Origin: Macrostomum hystrix
Taxonomy: Eukaryota; Animalia; Platyhelminthes
NCBI GenBank assembly: GCA_950097015.1
Contig: CATNEN010000038.1
Location: forward strand, 15,004,001 to 15,068,000
Length of the DNA: 64,000 bases
Direction: 5' to 3'
Numbering within the stretch: position 1 is the first letter of the stretch; each line of letters opens with the position of its first letter. The notes beneath the pieces are model-generated. The model had not been told where the DNA came from and made no database searches. It saw nothing but the letters and a program-made list of their open reading frames with translations. Shown piece by piece: positions 61,201-64,000 of this stretch. A program made the translations under genes and the position numbers.

Positions 61201-61805
61201 CCTGATGATGTCTAACTGGGACTTTCACTGTCTAACACCTGATGATGTCTAACTGGGACTTTCACTGTCTAAGACCTGATGATGTCTAACTATGAATTAA
61301 CCTATCTAGCACCGGAGAATATCTATCTGGGAATTGAACTGTCTAACACCTGAGGATATATATCAGTGGAACATGTAGGACACTGCCTAACAGGTCACGA
61401 TATATGTAATAGGGAAATGGCTATCTAACACCGGAGAATATTTATTAGTCGCACACATGCTAATCAATCAATCAACTCGCCGTCAGGTACCAGAAGTTCA
61501 AGACGGCAGTAGCCAACACTGTAGTGAACGCGGACAACGCCAATCTGGAGTCGCTTGGCACCGACCAGCTGTTGGACCTATTCGAATTCTCATCTTCAGC
61601 TTCCAGCTCGTCAAAGTCTGGCGCCGATGGCAAAGAGTCTGGCGCCAGACGACGCGCCAAGCAGGCAATGTCCAAGACCCTGGGCACCATGCTAGCCTCG
61701 GTGTCCGGCAGCTCTGGCGGCGGGTCGTCCGCTGCCGACGCCGAAATGTCAGTTGATTACGAAGAAGAGTTCGACATGACCCAGTTTGTGGAGCTATTGT
61801 CTTGA
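37280..61805 (+). CDS. BTAF1: TATA-binding protein-associated factor 172 / Mot1 (HEAT repeats + SNF2 ATPase), 18 coding exons, ~1795 aa
   Basis: Hand-built GT-AG exons in continuous frame: 37280-37290, 47668-47845, 48737-48943, 49020-49361, 50231-50976, 51457-51817, 52963-53528, 53672-53824, 54751-54871, 54956-55295, 56724-56818, 57141-57794, 58547-58806, 59472-59535, 59625-59963, 60392-60487, 60601-61136, 61487-61805 (5388 nt). N-terminus MTSRLDRL...[12 protein letters not shown]; WEVRHG; [17 protein letters not shown]; [10 protein letters not shown]2 motifs: [87 protein letters not shown] at 61944. Confidence 0.95.
37805..38267. mobile_element. MITE with ~115-bp terminal inverted repeats in BTAF1 intron 1
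   Basis: GGTCCCAGGTCATTTC...GAAATGACCTGGGACC long TIRs with repeated CATTTCGGTGACA motifs; TSD ATTGTATT(G) on both sides (8-9 bp, MULE- or Merlin-like). Confidence 0.9.
38542..39195 (-). repeat. 3' LTR (654 bp)
   Basis: Direct repeat of 46234-46887; preceded on the minus strand by the purine tract AGGGAGG (short PPT, ~39200-39207). Confidence 0.95.
39463..40167 (-). CDS. Additional ORF3 of the LTR retrotransposon, unknown function (not env-like)
   Basis: 234-aa ATG-initiated, GC-rich ORF in AT-rich flanks, between pol and the 3' LTR and on the same strand; no signal peptide or transmembrane segment evident. Confidence 0.8.
   Translation of the reverse strand: MDQDLDNFLESLLSEDQPKENEGLPAPERQSTRPKPPPSMPAKRPRIPSPVGVKQTKVIDRPPDQPPKVLRVSIGGATAKPSSLPGGAAAAPPVRSARQSAGPAGQPNPTPRESTPVRTDLRQQLQPGPTSNEDDERDQLVHEFKWYLLRVASPTFDQQYPQRSGVWPNVRTMKERFNRDQAVGILQDAAQGVHKALPSIERTVFRQMINVELRWLFCQIGWKYYRDLPAPCEF
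40565..45172 (-). CDS. pol: Retrotransposon Pol (protease, reverse transcriptase, RNase H, integrase), entered by -1 frameshift
   Basis: Uninterrupted frame. LLDTGA protease; [13 protein letters not shown] and YIDD reverse transcriptase; DVDAS...ELLAL...TDH RNase H; [12 protein letters not shown] zinc finger and DDE integrase core; acidic C-terminal tail. Confidence 0.96.
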   Translation of the reverse strand, partial: GKLIREGRDARPRPSKRTASENQASIKLANNKQNSNVSNNLTTEEVQVESTAEKKGREAVVKGEIKNQKVTFLLDTGAGHNFLGKNSWKKMFKNREIVPSNRKVTTFDGATVKIAGEVTANVKFGEIEIETDFLLCHHDCDDILGMEFFHDHCNNINFATGMLVLRNNVCIPVQFTKLPVRVCRVFCSEKVTVPANSALRISVKLAKNAEANYGTPMTIEPIKGQVNTKKGTLDMMPTLVTMTNGTGIVEVINKQNSDLYLSKSSIIGVAKPLKAEKLTYIADPPQSYNVKSTGQVKIAKSTSETQEEWITEINLGEKLTATQKEQVINVVREHKEAFSQTNQEMGLTHLVTHEISLNDSTPVRIPTRRIPPHLQKQVDEQLDDMLAKNLIRPCYSTYSTPLVIVPKKDGTIRIVSDFRVLNSRVNYYPYPLPNIQETFSHLTGSQYFSSLDLNSGYWQVPIKEEHKYLTAFSTLTRGQFEYQVMAQGLSNAPGTFQRLMNLVLTGIQHKFAMSYIDDIVTYSKTFEDHLNHLKEVFQRLITAGLKLRPKKCNLFQQELKYLGHVVGVNGIRTDPAKIEAIRTWPVPRDVKELRSFLGLCNYYCRFVKNYADAAHPLFQLTKKGVQNFRDKWTKVHTESFELLKQKLMSTEVLAYPEFSDNEKVRMVLDVDASDNRIGACLGQIQSDGVERPIAYFSRAMKDSEKRYPITRKELLALVDGMKHFRFYLIGKRFLARTDHKAILWLLRQTEAQGILGRWIERLSEFQYDIEHRSGSKHSNADSLSRRPAETDKSESTPIDRKIESKDELKEDSPTVDSQLGLIQPLEVQRTCETDTDIPTNMVDGRRVTVPGIEEEMPAKQLTSRSSLKHQSCQTDLEILKEPKVQEEDDDDEEEFEDARDYFEDEEVEEERCRKLLTDYLEVPLKKEQLVQAQQEDSSVRTLIDWKKSAVEKPTEDKVSEELKKMMKYYEQMKFEDDLLTIQEEGVRKVVLPKNIEEAVFRELHDSPLAGHLGRDKTTQRVRERFWRPGLVTAVEKYISECITCLESKAGHRIPAPVQNFPICEPFERLHLDFIGPVSKDSRRGHKYVLTIVDSTTRFPFAFPTRNQKSDTVIKILQERVFAEYGQCKWIHTDNGKSFTSRQFQSFCELYGIKHTCTTPYHAQSNGLVERFNGQIKSIVTCLINKDHSDWDLMIPAALVAVRTSVNQTTGYSPHYLLFGREATLPIDNIIKRPHEFANYPSYVKNHAERLEKATKIVKKKLEKIHEQRKEKADCAKKPKEIAIGGIVLLNNPQLQQEESHKFHRKKRAAYRVLAKLSDTVYRVQREVNGERVGDKLIVHRNNITPVPNSTISLTDTNKVTQPKHKGGQSNNHSTQPKHKGGQVTSKKIIPKVILINEEEDSEEDERIRWRANAGDSESDIEIDQEPEQSESEESEGGDDSEETEPAIEENVQSEDEHAENEQQEIEQSEGESENNVHTERAHGYNLRPRHEQPSQPRPHESGNARGGLRHTQPGSHGFVPRERYRRYIPHGEGEQ
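45125..45172 (-). promoter_or_regulatory. -1 ribosomal frameshift signal (G GGA AAC plus downstream stem)
   Basis: Gag ends CAG GGA AAC TGA while pol reads TCA GGG AAA CTG in the -1 frame. A GAGGGACG/CGCCCCTC stem starts ~8 nt downstream. Confidence 0.85.
45163..46167 (-). CDS. gag: Retrotransposon Gag (capsid, poly-Gln linker, CCHC zinc knuckle)
   Basis: 334-aa ORF right after the PBS; capsid-like helices ([14 protein letters not shown]); [14 protein letters not shown] knuckle. Confidence 0.93.
   Translation of the reverse strand: MNQAHDAIAMLAEELRNRLELGPMRHVKIQKFTPGQDIRIWLTAFDQRCEAEGIEEEHRKQELLANLDLTTAFAAVQRLNLPDDLEYEEFKDRLIERFGRIGSAAEFREEFRGRMQSKNESIESYADTLIELAARAFPNMNMEQREEEIVEQFIKGVRIATETREKLIFAQPANLQEARRMLRRIEAAWNMTHRNIGMRMAKGEEELEQRRNEQERLEALIHQQQAEIEQQKKTLQELRAKQQPQTYAQAAKSYPPRNYLQQQQQYQQPQHQQQQYRQQYQPQQQKQWHLQHQQQQQSKPSLTCYNCRKVGHIAKNCRSPRQNQPQVQYRNQGN
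46211..46229 (-). promoter_or_regulatory. Primer binding site, tRNA-Leu type
   Basis: TGGTGGCAGCGGAAAGGAT 4 nt inside the 5' LTR end; the first 12 nt are complementary to the conserved tRNA-Leu(AAG/UAG) 3' end CCGCTGCCACCA. Confidence 0.85.
46234..46887 (-). repeat. 5' LTR (654 bp)
   Basis: Direct repeat of 38542-39195 with two mismatches seen by eye. Minus-strand TATAAATA at ~46685-46692 and AATAAA at ~46267-46272. Confidence 0.95.
48070..48480. repeat. 30-bp minisatellite (AAAACCTTCAGGCGACAAACTTCCAGACTA), BTAF1 intron 2
   Basis: About 13 tandem copies. Confidence 0.93.
49420..50150. repeat. 18-bp minisatellite (TCACTCGTTATCTACCTG), BTAF1 intron 4
   Basis: About 37 tandem copies. Confidence 0.95.
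51885..52870. repeat. 35-bp minisatellite (GACTTTCAAAGGTGACAGACTAGAAGCTAATTAGC), BTAF1 intron 6
   Basis: About 28 tandem copies. Confidence 0.95.
53870..54705. repeat. 47-bp minisatellite, BTAF1 intron 8
   Basis: GTGAGCATAGACTCAGACTGGTGGAGTTGTAGTCAGTGGGTAGGCAG, ~17 copies. Confidence 0.94.
55485..56340. repeat. 20-bp minisatellite (CACCAACCATCTACAATGAT), BTAF1 intron 10
   Basis: About 42 tandem copies. Confidence 0.95.
56448..56692. repeat. 61-bp tandem repeat x4, BTAF1 intron 10
   Basis: Four identical copies of TGTTATTCTCCTATCTCTCAGCTATGCTCAACCGCCTGCCTGAATGCTAGTAAAAGTGTGA. Confidence 0.93.
57851..58269. mobile_element. Probable non-autonomous CMC/EnSpm-like DNA transposon in BTAF1 intron 12
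   Basis: Termini CCCTGTAAAAAATT / AATTTTTTAGCGGG (12/14 inverted match), flanked by AT on both sides (2-bp TSD); composition differs from the surrounding intron. Confidence 0.55.
58845..59430. repeat. 30-bp minisatellite (ATTGACCCACCAGCCTCCCCAGATCCTCAG), BTAF1 intron 13
   Basis: About 19 tandem copies. Confidence 0.94.
59975..60250. repeat. 20-bp minisatellite (TCATTCCTACCTGTTCTAAT), BTAF1 intron 15
   Basis: About 13 tandem copies. Confidence 0.88.
61165..61290. repeat. 37-bp repeat x~3, BTAF1 intron 17
   Basis: GATGTCTAACTGGGACTTTCACTGTCTAACACCTGAT, with degenerate copies downstream. Confidence 0.75.
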
Positions 61806-62919
61806 CTGCGGATGAAGGATTATCGTGTTTATTAGCATGTAAGGAATTACAATTTATATGAAAATGTATTTTTGGCATATTTTTCTATTGTAATTGACGA
61901 GTATAAGGTGTTTTTTGTCAATTTACCAGCTAGATGTTCTTTAAATAAAGTTCCATGGTTTGAAATGCAGTAGCGTTTCTAAGAATCCAAGTCTTTGTGT
62001 CTAGAAATCGACAATTTTTTATGTAAGTATGGCTAGTTATCTCGGAATAGGGATTTCTTGGAATGACACGTAGTTTCTAAGAATGTGGTGAGATTGATTA
62101 GAATTTAGTTCTAGTCGATGCGGTGAGATATTTAGGAATCTAAATTGATTTCTTAGAATGCCGGAAAGATTTCTAGGAAAGTGTCAATTTTAAGGTGTTT
62201 AGTTAGTTTTTCAAATACAACGCAAGCCATATTATGTAAATTTAATTACTTATATATGTGTAATTCGCAGAATCGATTGCTACATGTATTAAACGACAAT
62301 TTATTTAGAATGCAAGTAAAAATAATTTAATTTTAGGTAATGGCTATAATATTTTTTAAATGGTTTAGTTGTAATTTTGTTAATTTAAACAAATTGATGT
62401 TGCAGTCAGTAATGTTGCTGTTTTAATAATCTATTCAATGCTTTTTTGTAACTGTAATTCAACTTATTTTTGCAACTTTCGATGTTATATTTTTGTCTAT
62501 TATTACAATTTGTGTTTGTCTGTTTATTCAATTTAGTTCTCATGGTCAAGCTCACACGATGCATAAAACGAGTAAAACTATTTTAATAAAATGTTTCAAG
62601 TTCAAAACATAGCTGAAACTGCTGCCTTCCCTGAGGTCAGCCCGTCTGTGGCTGAGATGTGGCCGACGACAAAAAAAATTGACCGACGCTGTTGCTTAGC
62701 TTCGACAGATTGAGTCGAATATTCTAGTTTGTCTCAATTTCGCTTTCGAAATGACAGCTTTTAAGTCCGTTTAAATTATTATATAAAATCGAGTTCACGC
62801 TTACTATTAGTAGTTACAACATCCACAATCACAAAACATCCGCATCGTCGAGATATTCAACGATTCTCGTCGGGTGTCTGGTTGTCGCCACACACGCCCA
62901 ACACACTAGAAATTCCTCG

Positions 62920-63800
62920 AGCGTTTTCCAGAATGAGGTCCTGGCCATCAGCTACTGCGCTGCGGAGCTGAACGAGAAAAACATCTCAGGCAGGACTATC
63001 ATCTTTCACTCGGACAGGCTGCTCTGCAAGCCCTCTGTCACACCACCACGACCTCCCGGACAGTCTCTGACTGTGTCCGGTAGCTTAACAACCTGGCCGG
63101 TAAGAATACCGTCAGACTCCATACCAGGGCATGCCGGTTTTCCTGGAAACGAGCTTGCTGACTCCCTGGCCAAGCAAGGAGGCGCTAGCTCTGCGCCGGG
63201 CCCCTGCCCCCCCGGTTCCAATTCCGAACACCGTCATCTATATTCAGATTAATGACTGGGCCGCCAACCTTCATCTTGCCCGGTGGAGAAGCGCCATTAA
63301 TTGCCGCCAATACAAAGCGGCAGTCTCAGTGCCATCCACTCGGCTCCGGAAGGTCCTCCTAAACCAGACCCGGAAGGACATCCGGGCCCTCACCATGACC
63401 CTCACGGGTTATGGATGCTACGCCAGGCACTGTTTCCTCCGAGGAGACTTCCGGAGTGAGCTGTGCCCGTTCTGCAACCTTAAGAACGAGGATGCCCTGC
63501 ACTTCGTCTGCCAATGCCCTTTCTTCACCAAAGAGAGGCTTAATCACCTCGGACCAAACCCATCCATGGATGACGTTTGCAGATCCGAGAACATCCCGCG
63601 GCTCGTCCGGTTCCTAAGGGCTACCAGACGAGCATCTTTCTTCCCTAGCGAAGAGCAAGCTGCAGCGTTGGGTGGTGACTGGCTGAGAGACTAGACCATG
63701 GTGTCCTGTTTTCGAGCTGCTCCTAGTATTTTAGCTTAATCAGTGAAATTTGAGAAAGTCGCGTCAGGATGTCCATTGTGGCCTAGTTCCACCTGTTGTT
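62920..63800 (+). mobile_element. 5'-truncated, decayed non-LTR retrotransposon (RNase H + C-terminal CCHC; LOA/I-group-like)
   Basis: SVFQNEVLAI...IFHSD(frameshift)AALQAL...IPGHAGFPGNELADSLAKQG RNase H with frameshifts and a TAG; then LTGYG...CPFC...EDALHFVCQC zinc finger ending at 63694. Confidence 0.88.
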
Positions 63801-64000
63801 GCCCCTGTAGGTCCAGCAAATCCGTCTAGATAAAGGTAGGTGACCACCGAAGACGGAGATGATGCATGCACATTCGAGTGACATTCAGATAAATCTTCAA
63901 TGCCTTGCACCGCGCCTCAGTGCTGCCTTGCCAATTCGTGTATAGGGGTGAAGTCATATAGTCATGAAATACACTAGCTCTTATGGGAAAAATCGGACCT

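Overview
Eukaryotic (metazoan) genomic DNA with spliceosomal introns. The GC-rich exons and minisatellite-filled introns are reminiscent of the flatworm Macrostomum; this is an inference and was not verified. Host genes were reconstructed by hand from splice sites and frame. They are a complete 18-exon BTAF1/Mot1 SNF2 ATPase (+, 37280-61805, ~1795 aa), an 8-exon Bicaudal-D-related dynein adaptor (-, 24649-33094, ~523 aa), three 5' exons of GNPAT/DHAPAT (-, 17701-19738; the rest is not found in the window), and an orphan ALK/LTK-type glycine-rich exon (-). A young, intact 8.35-kb Ty3/Gypsy LTR retrotransposon sits antisense in BTAF1 intron 1. It has 654-bp LTRs differing at ~2 positions, an ATAC TSD, a tRNA-Leu PBS and a GGGAAAC -1 gag-pol frameshift. 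It also carries a third, non-env 234-aa ORF with activator-like and NLS-like features, and a second 'LTR-end + PBS' copy inside each LTR. These are the most novel-looking signals. Also present: four non-autonomous DNA transposons (one only 49 bp), two tRNA-derived SINEs, a decayed RNase H-bearing non-LTR fragment, and about 20 different minisatellite arrays, nearly one family per large intron. Most long ORFs in the track are artefacts of these repeats.
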